This document shows positions 51,659 to 61,065 of a stretch of DNA of 64,000 nt, piece after piece (the first letter of the stretch is position 1; each line of letters begins with the position of its first letter). The notes under the pieces were generated by a model. It was not told the DNA's origin, made no database searches, and saw only the letters and a program-made list of their open reading frames with translations. This DNA comes from Candidatus Poribacteria bacterium (GTDB lineage Bacteria; Poribacteria; WGA-4E; JAJDTR01), in assembly GCA_965222225.1 (NCBI GenBank), contig CBDCTK010000002.1, positions 2,400,001-2,464,000 on the forward strand. The letters are read 5' to 3'. Position numbers and translations under genes: made by a program.

Positions 51659-52119
51659 AAGTCTCTCTTAGACCGATTACACAGAAGAATCTCAATGAGT
51701 GTATTTCCCTCAAAGTGACTGATTGTCAGCAGAACTTCATTGCCTCCAATGTGAAGTCACTTGCAGAAGCGTTTGTCAATCCAACGCTTTATCCTTTCGG
51801 CATTTATGACGCAAAAGCACATTACCAAGCGAATCCTATCTTGGTCGGATTCACGATGTATGAAATTGTTGACGCAGTCGGTTTCATTTTACGCCTGATG
51901 ATTGATGAGAAGTATCAAAGGAAGAGGTATGGCAGAGCGGCTATGATTGAGGTGATGCGACGGTTGAAATTGCATCCGGAGGTCGAGCGGATTGCAACTA
52001 GCCATCAAAGGCAAAATAAAGCCGCTGCGAAGCTCTACGAAAGTCTGGGATTCGTTGAGTGGAAATCTGAATTAGCGGCGGAGAATCCCAGTGAAAGGTA
52101 TCTGATTCTTGAAGAATAG
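51652..52119 (+). CDS. GNAT N-acetyltransferase (spermidine acetyltransferase-like)
   Basis: QQNFIASNVKSLAEA, RLMIDEKYQRKRYG, AAKLYESLGF. Confidence 0.92.
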   Translation: MLKVSLRPITQKNLNECISLKVTDCQQNFIASNVKSLAEAFVNPTLYPFGIYDAKAHYQANPILVGFTMYEIVDAVGFILRLMIDEKYQRKRYGRAAMIEVMRRLKLHPEVERIATSHQRQNKAAAKLYESLGFVEWKSELAAENPSERYLILEE

Positions 52120-52200
52120 CACAACCGATGCCACAGCAAAGCCCAAAGGCTGGTGCGCAATGCGCACCCTACACGCACGAACCTCCTGTTGAGATGTGCC

Positions 52201-53199
52201 CTACCAGTCGAAGACGGCGCCTACACTACCTCCACGCTCCGAATCCAACTGCGCATACGCCGACGCCGCCTCACTCGGCGAGAAGCGATGTGTAATCAGG
52301 TCGGAAACGCACATTTGCCCGCGCCGCACGTATTGCAAGAAGAGTTGCCGTTGACGGGTCGCCGTCCACGACGCGTGTTGCGGCGGCAGGTTTTCGTTCT
52401 GCGTGCCGATGAGACGTAGTTGCCGCGTCAACAGATCCGACGTGAGATGCTGCTTCGTGGGGTGCGGGCTATCGCCTAGAAGTATTACCTTGCCATACCG
52501 ACGCGCCAGCGGGAGCGCCAACGGCAAAACTGTGTGATGGCCCGTCGCGTCATAAACCACATCCGCAAGCTCGCCGTCGGTACTCTCAAGGACGGCATCC
52601 TTCGCATCGGCAACGCTTCCACAAAAACTCGCTGTCGCGCCGTGCGCGAGCGCGATGTCCAGCCGCGCCTGAATCTGATCTATCACCAACACCGATCGAA
52701 GACCCATCACCTTCAGATACTGCGTCACAAGTTGCCCGATGGGGCCGCAGCCGATGACTACAGCGGTTTCTCCCATGATATGCTCGGCTTGACGCACCGC
52801 GGTTTGCGTAATCGTTGCCAGCATACACCATACGGCATTATCGCTACTTACATCCTCGGGAATCTTGATGATTCCGGGTTGATTGCCCGAAAGGTTCACA
52901 TGCCCCCGGTGGGACGCGGTACAGAAAACCCGATCTCCCTCACTGAAACCTTCAACCTCATCCCCAACCTTGACAATCTGCCCCACGTTACTGTAGCCGG
53001 GATAGAACGGGTATTTTACCCAGTTATGCCAGTGGCTGCCGGGGTCGGATTCGCCGCGATAACAGATCATCTCCGTCCCCATACTCATAAGCGTAACCAG
53101 CGTCTGAAGGGTAATCTCGTTCGGCGCGGGTTCGGGAACATCTATTTCGGTAAAACTAACCTGCCTGCCTCCTGTAAATGCAACGACACTCGACTTCAT
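52201..53199 (-). CDS. Medium-chain dehydrogenase/reductase
   Basis: SMGTE, PGYSNVG, GDRV, GCGPIG, ITHRF; paralogue of 23289-24314. Confidence 0.9.
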   Translation of the reverse strand: MKSSVVAFTGGRQVSFTEIDVPEPAPNEITLQTLVTLMSMGTEMICYRGESDPGSHWHNWVKYPFYPGYSNVGQIVKVGDEVEGFSEGDRVFCTASHRGHVNLSGNQPGIIKIPEDVSSDNAVWCMLATITQTAVRQAEHIMGETAVVIGCGPIGQLVTQYLKVMGLRSVLVIDQIQARLDIALAHGATASFCGSVADAKDAVLESTDGELADVVYDATGHHTVLPLALPLARRYGKVILLGDSPHPTKQHLTSDLLTRQLRLIGTQNENLPPQHASWTATRQRQLFLQYVRRGQMCVSDLITHRFSPSEAASAYAQLDSERGGSVGAVFDW

Positions 53200-53384
53200 A
53201 CGCAAAATTCCTCAATTGTGTTGAATACTTGTCGGACAATCTGTGGACACGGACTGGATGATCCGGAGGTCTATCGCAATGACGGTTAGGATAGGCGAAA
53301 GCAGGACAAAGTATGACGGGAGAGATAGACGAGAAGCCTACTGCGGATATGAAAATTTCAATACAGATTGCCCTTTGACGCTCG

Positions 53385-53735
53385 TTAATCGTCTGAGTTC
53401 AGCGCGGCGATTGCTTCGTCTTCGCTATCGAAACGCTCGAAAATGGTAATCAGCCGTCCCATGACTATCAAATTCTGTATGTCAGTGCCGATGTTGATGA
53501 GGCCTATGCGCCCATCTTTGCGGACAACGGATACGTGACACGCGACGAGGGTGCCAAGACCGCTACTGTCAATCCTCGCGACATCCCCCAGGTCTATCAA
53601 GATCTTCGGGGTACCCGAGATCTTTTCAAGTTCTCCGCTAATCTGTTCTCTCAACGCGGTACCGGCGGGGCCAATAATCCGACCGGAGGGTTTGATAATA
53701 AGAATACCTTCGCTTTCGCGAATTTCTGCTGCCAT
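53385..53735 (-). CDS. STAS-domain anti-sigma factor antagonist
   Basis: LIDLGDVARIDSSGLGTL; AGGAG RBS. Confidence 0.92.
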   Translation of the reverse strand: MAAEIRESEGILIIKPSGRIIGPAGTALREQISGELEKISGTPKILIDLGDVARIDSSGLGTLVACHVSVVRKDGRIGLINIGTDIQNLIVMGRLITIFERFDSEDEAIAALNSDD

Positions 53736-53968
53736 AAATTTATCTCCTAATGATTGTTTTAAGAATCTCTATTAAGTCAAGATTTCTCCTGAGAGGAAGA
53801 GTTCCTCCAATTCAGTTGAGAACCGATTATATCACACAACACCCCGAACCGCAAGCCTTGAGCCATGAAAGGAAAAGGCTATAGCATCTAAGAGAAGAGA
53901 AAGGCGATTTGATAATCGCGAATCGATTCATGATTGTAGGGGGATCGCTCGCTTAATTCTATATTGTG

Positions 53969-53997
53969 TTGACATGCCCAACCAGATTTGGTATTCT
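53969..53997 (+). promoter_or_regulatory. Sigma-70 promoter of the molybdoenzyme operon
   Basis: TTGACA-17-TATTCT with extended -10 TG. Confidence 0.65.
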
Positions 53998-54079
53998 TTA
54001 GGCGTGAAAAGCCGCATTCATACCATGTTGGCTATCCTGCGATGCGAGGGTTGCCTTAGACGTTGATGGAGGATTAATT

Positions 54080-54946
54080 GTGAGAAGTTTCGAGTTTTTT
54101 GAACCCAAGACAATTGGCGAGGCGTCTGCCCTGCTTGCTCAGTACAGTGGCGAAGCCGAACTCTTGGGCGGGGGGACAGACCTGATTATCGGGATGAAAG
54201 AGCGGACGCTGACACCTAAATATGTCATCAGCTTAGAGAACGTTCTTGGTATAGAAGGCATTACATACGACGAAAACGACGGGTTGTGGGTTGGCGCCAT
54301 GACGAAGATGCGCGCCATAGAACGCTCTTCAATCGTGCGCGAACGCTATACCGCGCTTGCAGAGGGAGCGGAGGAAGTCGGATCCATTCAAATACGCAAT
54401 CTAGCCACGCTTGGCGGGAATATTGCCCACGGCTCCCCTGCCGCGGATACCGCCGCCGCGCTACTGGTGCTGGCTGCTCAGGTCAACATCGCCAACGGTG
54501 AGGGTGAGCGTACGGTTCCAATTGCAGATTTCTTCCTCGGTCCAGGACAAACGGTGTTGCAGACGGGCGAAATCCTTACAGGATTCTCTATGCCTCCTCG
54601 CTCCGCGAATTCAGGTTCACAGTACCTCAAACACAAGATTCGGCAAGTCATGGATCTCGCTTTCGTCGGCGTGGCAACGTCCGTAAGTTTGAACAACGGC
54701 ACGGTAGCAGATACGAAAATTGGGTTGGCGGCTGTAGCCCCGAAGCCGATTCGCGCAACTAACGCCGAGGCAATCATTACCGGCAATTCCGTAAGCGACG
54801 AGATATTGCAGCAGGCGGCGGGCGCGGCGGCGGCGCAGTCGAGTCCTATTTCGGATTTGCGGTGTACTGCCGAGCATCGAAGAGAGATAGTGGCGGCGTT
54901 AACAAAGGAATCCGCAGTGACCGCTGTGGCAAGAGCACAAGCATAG
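54080..54946 (+). CDS. Xanthine dehydrogenase/CoxM-family FAD-binding subunit
   Basis: GGGTDL, IRNLATLGGN, SPAAD, PISDLR. Confidence 0.93.
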   Translation: MRSFEFFEPKTIGEASALLAQYSGEAELLGGGTDLIIGMKERTLTPKYVISLENVLGIEGITYDENDGLWVGAMTKMRAIERSSIVRERYTALAEGAEEVGSIQIRNLATLGGNIAHGSPAADTAAALLVLAAQVNIANGEGERTVPIADFFLGPGQTVLQTGEILTGFSMPPRSANSGSQYLKHKIRQVMDLAFVGVATSVSLNNGTVADTKIGLAAVAPKPIRATNAEAIITGNSVSDEILQQAAGAAAAQSSPISDLRCTAEHRREIVAALTKESAVTAVARAQA

Positions 54947-54958
54947 AAAAGGAACCAC

Positions 54959-55444
54959 TTGAATATGAAGAAACATCCGATAAGTTTCACCGTCAATGGT
55001 GATTTGCAGGAGCTATTTGTTGAACCTCGCAAAACCTTGTTGGCGGTCATTCGTGACACAATCGGGTTGACTGGAACAAAAGAGGGTTGCAGTACCGGCG
55101 ATTGCGGCGCTTGCACGGTAATCGTTGATGGCGAACCGGTAACATCGTGCATGATGCTTGCGGTCAGCGCAAACGGCAATGAGATTACGACAATCGAAGG
55201 AATCTCCAGTCCCGGGCAACTACACCCGGTTCAGCAAGCCTTTTTGGAGAAGGGCGGATATCAGTGCGGTTTCTGCACTCCCGGCTTTATCATGGCAGCC
55301 AAAGCACTTCTTGATGACAATCCCAACATACCGGAAGACGAAATGCGGCACGCGCTCGGCGGAAACATCTGTCGGTGCACCGGGTATACGAAAATAATTG
55401 AGGCAGTCCTGAGCGCGGCAGAAACCATGCGCGCAAATACTTAA
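54959..55444 (+). CDS. Xanthine dehydrogenase/CoxS-family 2x[2Fe-2S] subunit
   Basis: GCSTGDCGACT, QCGFCTPG, NICRCTGY. Confidence 0.95.
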   Translation: MNMKKHPISFTVNGDLQELFVEPRKTLLAVIRDTIGLTGTKEGCSTGDCGACTVIVDGEPVTSCMMLAVSANGNEITTIEGISSPGQLHPVQQAFLEKGGYQCGFCTPGFIMAAKALLDDNPNIPEDEMRHALGGNICRCTGYTKIIEAVLSAAETMRANT

Positions 55445-55470
55445 ACACGACACGAAAGAAGGGGATGAGA

Positions 55471-55665
55471 ATGGCTAAAACCCATCGAGGATTCGGCATT
55501 CGTTCGGAATATAACAGTGGCAGAGGAACCTGCCCGGTATGTAACAGGACCGGCGTTAAGGTGCTCTACAGCCGCGAGATTGGTGACAAAACCATCAATA
55601 CGTGTAAGCGATGCAATGCGGCTTTGGGACGCGGTAAATTGCGAGAAGCAGTCGCCAACCTATAG
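55471..55665 (+). CDS. Small basic CxxC...CxxC zinc-finger protein
   Basis: MAKTHRGFGIR...GRGTCPVCNRTGVKVLY...CKRCNAA; GAAGGGG RBS. Confidence 0.75.
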   Translation: MAKTHRGFGIRSEYNSGRGTCPVCNRTGVKVLYSREIGDKTINTCKRCNAALGRGKLREAVANL

Positions 55666-55753
55666 CTTCGGATCAATTACTGAAATCACAGAAAAAGGGC
55701 ATTATTTCATGTTAACTTTCAAGTGAGACTCGTGAGAAATCAGTGCCTTTTTA

Positions 55754-55954
55754 GAGCTTGTTTGAATAACCAGTGGCAATACCATTTTTGAGATTTTGAG
55801 AAAGTTTTTTCATGTTTTCATTGTTGGCTGCTACATACCTGTAGGATCTCTATGGCAGTCGCTATTCGCTCCCTTGATCCCACTCTGGGGCTTTTAAAGG
55901 CTGGTGCGCAGTGCGCGCCCTACAAACTTTGCCACCTATTATTCAAACAGGTTC
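55754..55954. mobile_element. MITE, 201 bp, IS5-like ends, TA duplication
   Basis: TA|GAGCTTGTTTGAATAA ... TTATTCAAACAGGTTC|TA; non-coding; contains REPs and a micro-element. Confidence 0.75.
55843..55879 (-). mobile_element. 37-nt micro-element inside a REP inside a MITE
   Basis: GATCAAGGGAGCGAATAGCGACTGCCATAGAGATCCT interrupts AGCCCCAGAG...ACAGGTATGTAGCA; uninterrupted relative at about 17133-17161. Confidence 0.7.
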
Positions 55955-55958
55955 TAAG

Positions 55959-56215
55959 CTCGACTTTGTACATTTGAAAGACATCACAGGCAACAATAAA
56001 CAAGTGTTGCCAAAAAGCGGAGGAAATTTTGATTCTCTCGGCTTTTTGGCAGACCATTGAAAATGTCGGTAGCGGTTTCCAGATTCATGCAGATAACGTG
56101 TTGGGTTTCACTCAAATTTCGGTGTTGCATGGCGGGGCAAGATGCCCCGCCTACGGGTTTGGTGTTGTACGGATTTCCGTACAACCCAACCATTGTACTT
56201 TTGTACAAAGTCGAG
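55959..56215. mobile_element. MITE, 257 bp, 14-bp perfect TIR, CTAAG duplication
   Basis: CTAAG|CTCGACTTTGTACA ... TGTACAAAGTCGAG|CTAAG. Confidence 0.85.
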
Positions 56216-56321
56216 CTAAGTATTGACTCACGTGAATCACACTTTCGCTAAACGTAGCCTATAGACCATCCGGAACTAAATAGTTGCCCAGACTCATTCA
56301 GTTAGATAAGGTAGGAGTGCC

Positions 56322-58628
56322 ATGTCAGAATACGCAGTGGTTGGAAAACGAGTGCCAAGAGTTGACGCCCTGGAAAAGGTGACGGGTGCGGCAAAGTATG
56401 GAGCAGATATTAACTTTCCCGGAATGCTCCACGCAAGAATCTTCCGCAGCACGGAAGTCCACGCCAAAATTCTTAGCATTGATACGAGCGAGGCTGAGAA
56501 GTTGCCCGGAGTTAAAGCGATCATTACGCAAGACGATGTCCTGACCGGGCGGGCGGTTTTCGCGAAGGATAAGGTGCTGTATTACGGTGAGCCGTTAGGC
56601 GCGATCGCCGCAACGGATCCCGACATCGCTGAGGAAGCGGCAGACCTGGTTAAAGTCGAATATGAGCCGCTGCCCGTCGTGCAGGATGTGCTGGAGTCAA
56701 TCAAGCCCGATGCGCCCCATCTGCTCAACGATAGAGCGAAGGACGGCCCGAGAAGACGGGTCATTGCAAGGCAACTCAAGAAGTTATCCAAAGAGACGGG
56801 TGAGGATAACAGCGCCGAGATTGAAAAATTGAATGCCGAGTTGGCAGAGTTCGACGATGAGATTTACTACAATATCGCCGGTGAGGCCCATGAAGCCGCG
56901 GGGGACGTGGAACAGGGTTTCGCTGAGTCCGATGTCGTCGTCGAAGGTACATATACCATCCCGCGCGTTCATCAGGTATACATGGAACCGCATGTGTCGG
57001 TGGCTCATGCGGAGCCTACCGGCAAATTGACCGTTTGGGCGAGCACCCAAGGCCACTTCGCTATTCGTTCCGGTATTGCCGGCGTACTCGGCATACCGCT
57101 GAGTGACATCAACGTCGTCGGTGTGACCATGGGCGGCGGTTTTGGAGGACGTTTCAACATCCAAGCCACACACGTGCCGGCTGTCATACTTTCCCAAAAA
57201 ACGGGGCGTCCCGTCAAAGCCCAGTTGAACCGCGAAGAGGAGTTTCTTGATGGGAGGCCGGGTGCCGGTTGCGTCATCAAGCTCAAGACCGGGGCGATGA
57301 ACGATGGAACAATCGTTGCCCGTAAGGCTCTTGCCTTCTGGGACTGTGGTTCGGTCGCCGGCGGGCCCATTGCCAACACCATCCGTATTCGCGGAGTCTA
57401 CAAGTTCTCGCACCTTCAGATGGATGCCTATGCGGTACACACGAACAAGTCGGGAACCACATCCTATCGTGCACCCGGCGCCCCGCAGGCGATTTTCGCG
57501 GGTGAATCCCAGCTCGACGAAATAGCGAGTATCATCGGAATGGATCCCGTCGATCTCCGTATGAAAAACATGCGGGAAGAGGGCGATCAGGTTCCCGCAG
57601 GGGCTACCGAGCCGAGAGTGGGCTACAAAGAAACCCTCAAAGCGGCGGCAGATGCCGTTGACTGGTGGAATCGCGAGAAGGGACCGAACCAAGGTTGGGG
57701 CGTTGCGGTTGGCGATTGGACGAATGGATGCGGACCGGGTGCGGTATATGCCTCTGTCCATGAAGACGGCAGTGTTCGACTGTTCCACGGCTCGATGGAT
57801 ATCACCGGAACAGATACGGCGATGGCGCAGATTGCCGCAGAGGTTCTGACCGTACCTTATGATCAGGTGTCAATCACCCGCGGCGATACCAATTCGGCGC
57901 CGTACAATACCGGCTCCGGCGGAAGCGTCGTCACCTTCACCATGGGCAACACCGCGAAACTGGCAGCCGAAGATGCGCGGGTACGACTCCTCGAGCTCGC
58001 GGCACAGCGGCTGAACACGGACATTGAGAATGTGGAACTCAAAGACGGGAAAGTGTCTCTGACAAATGGGGATTCCCCCAAATCACTCTCCCTCGGCGAG
58101 TTGGCTGCGTACAGCTTGAGCACAACCGGTGGGCCGATTGTCGGCAAGGGTTCATTGTCAGGAAGACTGAGCGCCCCCGCTGTCGCCGTGCAGATTGCCA
58201 AAGTCGAGGTCAATCCGGAAACGGGGAACACCAAAGTTCTCAGGACGGTTGCCTCGCAAGATGTGGGTTTTGCGATTAACCCGACAGCGGTTGAAGGGCA
58301 GATTGAAGGGGGAGTCGTCCAGGGATACGCTTGGTCGATGATGGAGGAGATGCAGTACAACGAGAAGGGAAATGTGAATCCCGGCTTTGTCGATTACCGC
58401 GTTCCGACATCGGCGGATATTCCCAGAATCGAGAGTGTCATCGTAGAAGTGCCTGCTCCCAATGGGCCTTACGGCGCGAAAGGGGTCGGCGAACCCTCGC
58501 TCACGCCAACGTTAGCCACCTTCGCAAACGCCGTCACCGACGCTACCGGTGTTCGGATTAACGACCTGCCGATTAAGCCGGAGAAGATTGTTAACGCGTT
58601 GAAGAGCAACGGTAACGGTAGTCGATAA
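56322..58628 (+). CDS. Xanthine dehydrogenase-family molybdopterin-binding large subunit
   Basis: KVTGAAKY, HQVYMEP, MGGGFGG, SYRAPG, GQIEGG, GAKGVGE. Confidence 0.95.
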   Translation: MSEYAVVGKRVPRVDALEKVTGAAKYGADINFPGMLHARIFRSTEVHAKILSIDTSEAEKLPGVKAIITQDDVLTGRAVFAKDKVLYYGEPLGAIAATDPDIAEEAADLVKVEYEPLPVVQDVLESIKPDAPHLLNDRAKDGPRRRVIARQLKKLSKETGEDNSAEIEKLNAELAEFDDEIYYNIAGEAHEAAGDVEQGFAESDVVVEGTYTIPRVHQVYMEPHVSVAHAEPTGKLTVWASTQGHFAIRSGIAGVLGIPLSDINVVGVTMGGGFGGRFNIQATHVPAVILSQKTGRPVKAQLNREEEFLDGRPGAGCVIKLKTGAMNDGTIVARKALAFWDCGSVAGGPIANTIRIRGVYKFSHLQMDAYAVHTNKSGTTSYRAPGAPQAIFAGESQLDEIASIIGMDPVDLRMKNMREEGDQVPAGATEPRVGYKETLKAAADAVDWWNREKGPNQGWGVAVGDWTNGCGPGAVYASVHEDGSVRLFHGSMDITGTDTAMAQIAAEVLTVPYDQVSITRGDTNSAPYNTGSGGSVVTFTMGNTAKLAAEDARVRLLELAAQRLNTDIENVELKDGKVSLTNGDSPKSLSLGELAAYSLSTTGGPIVGKGSLSGRLSAPAVAVQIAKVEVNPETGNTKVLRTVASQDVGFAINPTAVEGQIEGGVVQGYAWSMMEEMQYNEKGNVNPGFVDYRVPTSADIPRIESVIVEVPAPNGPYGAKGVGEPSLTPTLATFANAVTDATGVRINDLPIKPEKIVNALKSNGNGSR

Positions 58629-58649
58629 GCACTCCGTCCGAAGCATACA

Positions 58650-58692
58650 CCTTCTGATTTGTCTTTATGCTAGGCAAGTCAGGAGGTTTTTT
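58650..58692 (+). terminator. Intrinsic terminator of the molybdoenzyme operon
   Basis: CCTTCTGATTTGTCT-loop-AGGCAAGTCAGGAGG followed by TTTTTT. Confidence 0.75.
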
Positions 58693-58759
58693 GTGCTATC
58701 TCTCGTCTCAATTGCCAACCAGAAGAGGACTTACACAATTCAGGCAAGTAGGGAATAAC

Positions 58760-58796
58760 GATCAAGCGGCCGAACAGCGAGTGCGATAGCGATCCC
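58760..58796 (+). mobile_element. 37-nt micro-element in the centre of a REP palindrome
   Basis: Removing 58762-58796 restores GTAGGGAATAACG-AC-CGTTATTCCCTAC with perfect 13-bp arms. Confidence 0.75.
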
Positions 58797-59020
58797 CCGT
58801 TATTCCCTACAAGAACCCTGCAACATGAGACCGTCGCAGTGCGTAGGTTGGGTTGAACGACAACGATGAAAAATACGAAGCATTACCTTTGGATGTCGGT
58901 GTCCGATTCTGCGGGAAATCTCACAAATTTAGTGAAACCCAACACTTCATCACACACAATCGACAATAGCCAAAGCGTCTATTGACTCTTTCTGCAATCA
59001 TCTTCGATTTGAGGAAATCT

Positions 59021-59758
59021 ATGTTCGGTGACATAAGAAATTCACACGGTGGACGGCTCGATTACAGTTTCCATCAAGGGGAAGCAGATTCCAAGCACAT
59101 TGTGGTTCTGGGACACGGCGTCACCGGTAACAAGGACCGTCCCTTTGTCGTCGCATTGGCGAACGGGTTAGCCGCCGCCGGAATCGCAGTGCTGCGATTC
59201 TCCTTTTCGGGCAACGGCGATTCGGAAGGGAGATTCATCGACTCGACCATCTCGAAAGAGGTCGAAGATCTCGGGTCGGTGCTTGATGCCTTGAGTGATT
59301 ACTCCGTCTGCTACGTTGGTCACAGCATGGGAGGCGCCGTGGGCGTGCTACGCGCAAGTCAAGACAAACGAATCGATATGCTAGTTTCGCTCGCCGGCAT
59401 GGTTTACACGAAGATCTTCGCGCAATCGGAATTCGGCGATGTAACGCCCGACGAGGGATTCATGTGGGATAAGCCGGATTGCCCGCTTTCAAGCGCCTTC
59501 ATGAATGATATGAGACAGATTGACAGCGTGATGGATCGCGCCTCGCAGATTACAGTTCCTTGGCTGCTAGTTCACGGCACTGAAGATGATGTAGTGCCGA
59601 TAGGGGAATCCCGCGAGATATTCGAAAACGCCAACGAGCCGAAGGAACTGATTGAACTTGAAGGCGCCGACCACGTCTTTAGCGACGAATCAACCAGCGT
59701 GATGGTGACTAAAGTCCTCAATTGGGTTCAAATCCAATTCGACAAACTCAGTCAGTGA
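59021..59758 (+). CDS. Alpha/beta hydrolase
   Basis: GHGVTG, RFSFSGNGDSEG, GHSMGG, HGTEDDVV, GADH; GAGGA RBS. Confidence 0.92.
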   Translation: MFGDIRNSHGGRLDYSFHQGEADSKHIVVLGHGVTGNKDRPFVVALANGLAAAGIAVLRFSFSGNGDSEGRFIDSTISKEVEDLGSVLDALSDYSVCYVGHSMGGAVGVLRASQDKRIDMLVSLAGMVYTKIFAQSEFGDVTPDEGFMWDKPDCPLSSAFMNDMRQIDSVMDRASQITVPWLLVHGTEDDVVPIGESREIFENANEPKELIELEGADHVFSDESTSVMVTKVLNWVQIQFDKLSQ

Positions 59759-60393
59759 GGCACATGTGCCCGCTCTGTCTCTCGGAGCAAGTCCGAGATT
59801 TCGCGACCATAGATGATAAGCCAAACCGGCGTTGTGAAGTTTGCCAGTTAACCTTCTTGTCATCGGAACACTTTCTGGACGAGGTCGCCGAACTCGCCCG
59901 GTATCAACTTCACGAAAACAGTCCCGATGATCCTCGCTACCGAGAGTTTCTCAGCCGTTTGAGCGCCCACCTTGTCCCCAAGTTACCCACTGCCGCCGAA
60001 GGATTGGACTTTGGTTCAGGTCCTGGTCCCACGCTGTCCGTGATGCTTGAGGAGCAGGGATTTCGGATGAATCTCTACGATCCCTTCTTTGCACCTAGCA
60101 CAGATGTGCTTGAACGCAGGTACGATTTCATCACGTGCACGGAGACGGTGGAACACTTCTATCAACCGGGAAAGGAGTTTCGGCGACTGGACGGATTGCT
60201 GCGAAGCGGGGGTTGGCTCGGCATCATGACCGAGATGTTAGAACCGGAAGTGGATTTTACCCGTTGGTGGTACCATCGCGAACCGACGCATGTGTGCTTC
60301 TACAAGCGTGAAACGATGATTTGGATCGCCGAGCGGTATACTTGGAAGGTTGAGTTTCCGCAAAAGAACGTAACGCTATTTCAGAAAGCGTAG
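59755..60393 (+). CDS. Class I SAM-dependent methyltransferase with N-terminal Zn motif
   Basis: CPLC...CEVC, LDFGSGPGP, YDPFF, TETVEH, EPTHV; GTGA overlap with the upstream stop. Confidence 0.88.
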   Translation: MRHMCPLCLSEQVRDFATIDDKPNRRCEVCQLTFLSSEHFLDEVAELARYQLHENSPDDPRYREFLSRLSAHLVPKLPTAAEGLDFGSGPGPTLSVMLEEQGFRMNLYDPFFAPSTDVLERRYDFITCTETVEHFYQPGKEFRRLDGLLRSGGWLGIMTEMLEPEVDFTRWWYHREPTHVCFYKRETMIWIAERYTWKVEFPQKNVTLFQKA

Positions 60394-60453
60394 GGGGCTG
60401 GGACCGCTGCCCCCAGTTTCGTGCAAATTGTGTGCGAAGGTTTAAACCGTTGG

Positions 60454-61065
60454 TTATCCGGGAATCAATCCCCTATCTTCGAGAATCTTGACCACCTTTT
60501 GACCACACTCTTCAAGTGTCAACTCTGCCGTGTTTACCGCTAGTTCGGGATGATTCGGCGCTTCGTAGGGCGCGCTAATTCCCGTAAACTCCGGGATTTC
60601 ACCTGCCCGCGCTTTCTTGTACAATCCCTTCGGATCCCGCTCCTCACACACCGCCAGCGGGCAATCGACAAAAACCTCAATAAAACGTCCGTCTTCAACC
60701 AATGCTCGCGCTTTGTCCCGATCGCCGCGATAAGGTGAGATAAATGCGGTCATCACGATGACTCCGGAATCCGCGAACAGTTTCGATACCTCTCCGATGC
60801 GGCGAATGTTCTCTTCCCGATCCGCCGGCGAAAACCCGAGGTTATTATTCAGTCCGTGACGTATGTTGTCGCCGTCAAGGACGTAGGTCAGCCGACCGCG
60901 CTGGTGCAGTGCGTTTGCAACCTCATGCGCCAAGGTGGATTTGCCGGAACCGGACAGCCCGGTAAACCAGAGCACACAGCCTTTTTGAACGAGGAGTTTT
61001 TCTCTGTCTTCCCGCGTAATTGTTGCCTCATGCCACGTAATATTTGTTGATTTTCTATCTGCCAA
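60454..61065 (-). CDS. cysC: Adenylyl-sulfate (APS) kinase
   Basis: NITWH, WFTGLSGSGKST, LDGDNIRHGL, RDPKGLY, FTGISAPYE; GGAGA RBS and TTG start. Confidence 0.96.
   Translation of the reverse strand: MADRKSTNITWHEATITREDREKLLVQKGCVLWFTGLSGSGKSTLAHEVANALHQRGRLTYVLDGDNIRHGLNNNLGFSPADREENIRRIGEVSKLFADSGVIVMTAFISPYRGDRDKARALVEDGRFIEVFVDCPLAVCEERDPKGLYKKARAGEIPEFTGISAPYEAPNHPELAVNTAELTLEECGQKVVKILEDRGLIPG

Noticed and set aside
54080-58628. Aerobic CO dehydrogenase (coxMSL)
   Set aside because: The active-site loop is SYRAPG, not AYXCSFR or AYXGAGR, and no cox accessory genes are present.
7222-58796. The 37-nt repeats as a CRISPR array
   Set aside because: Copies are dispersed, nested, divergent and in both orientations, with no regular spacers and no cas genes.
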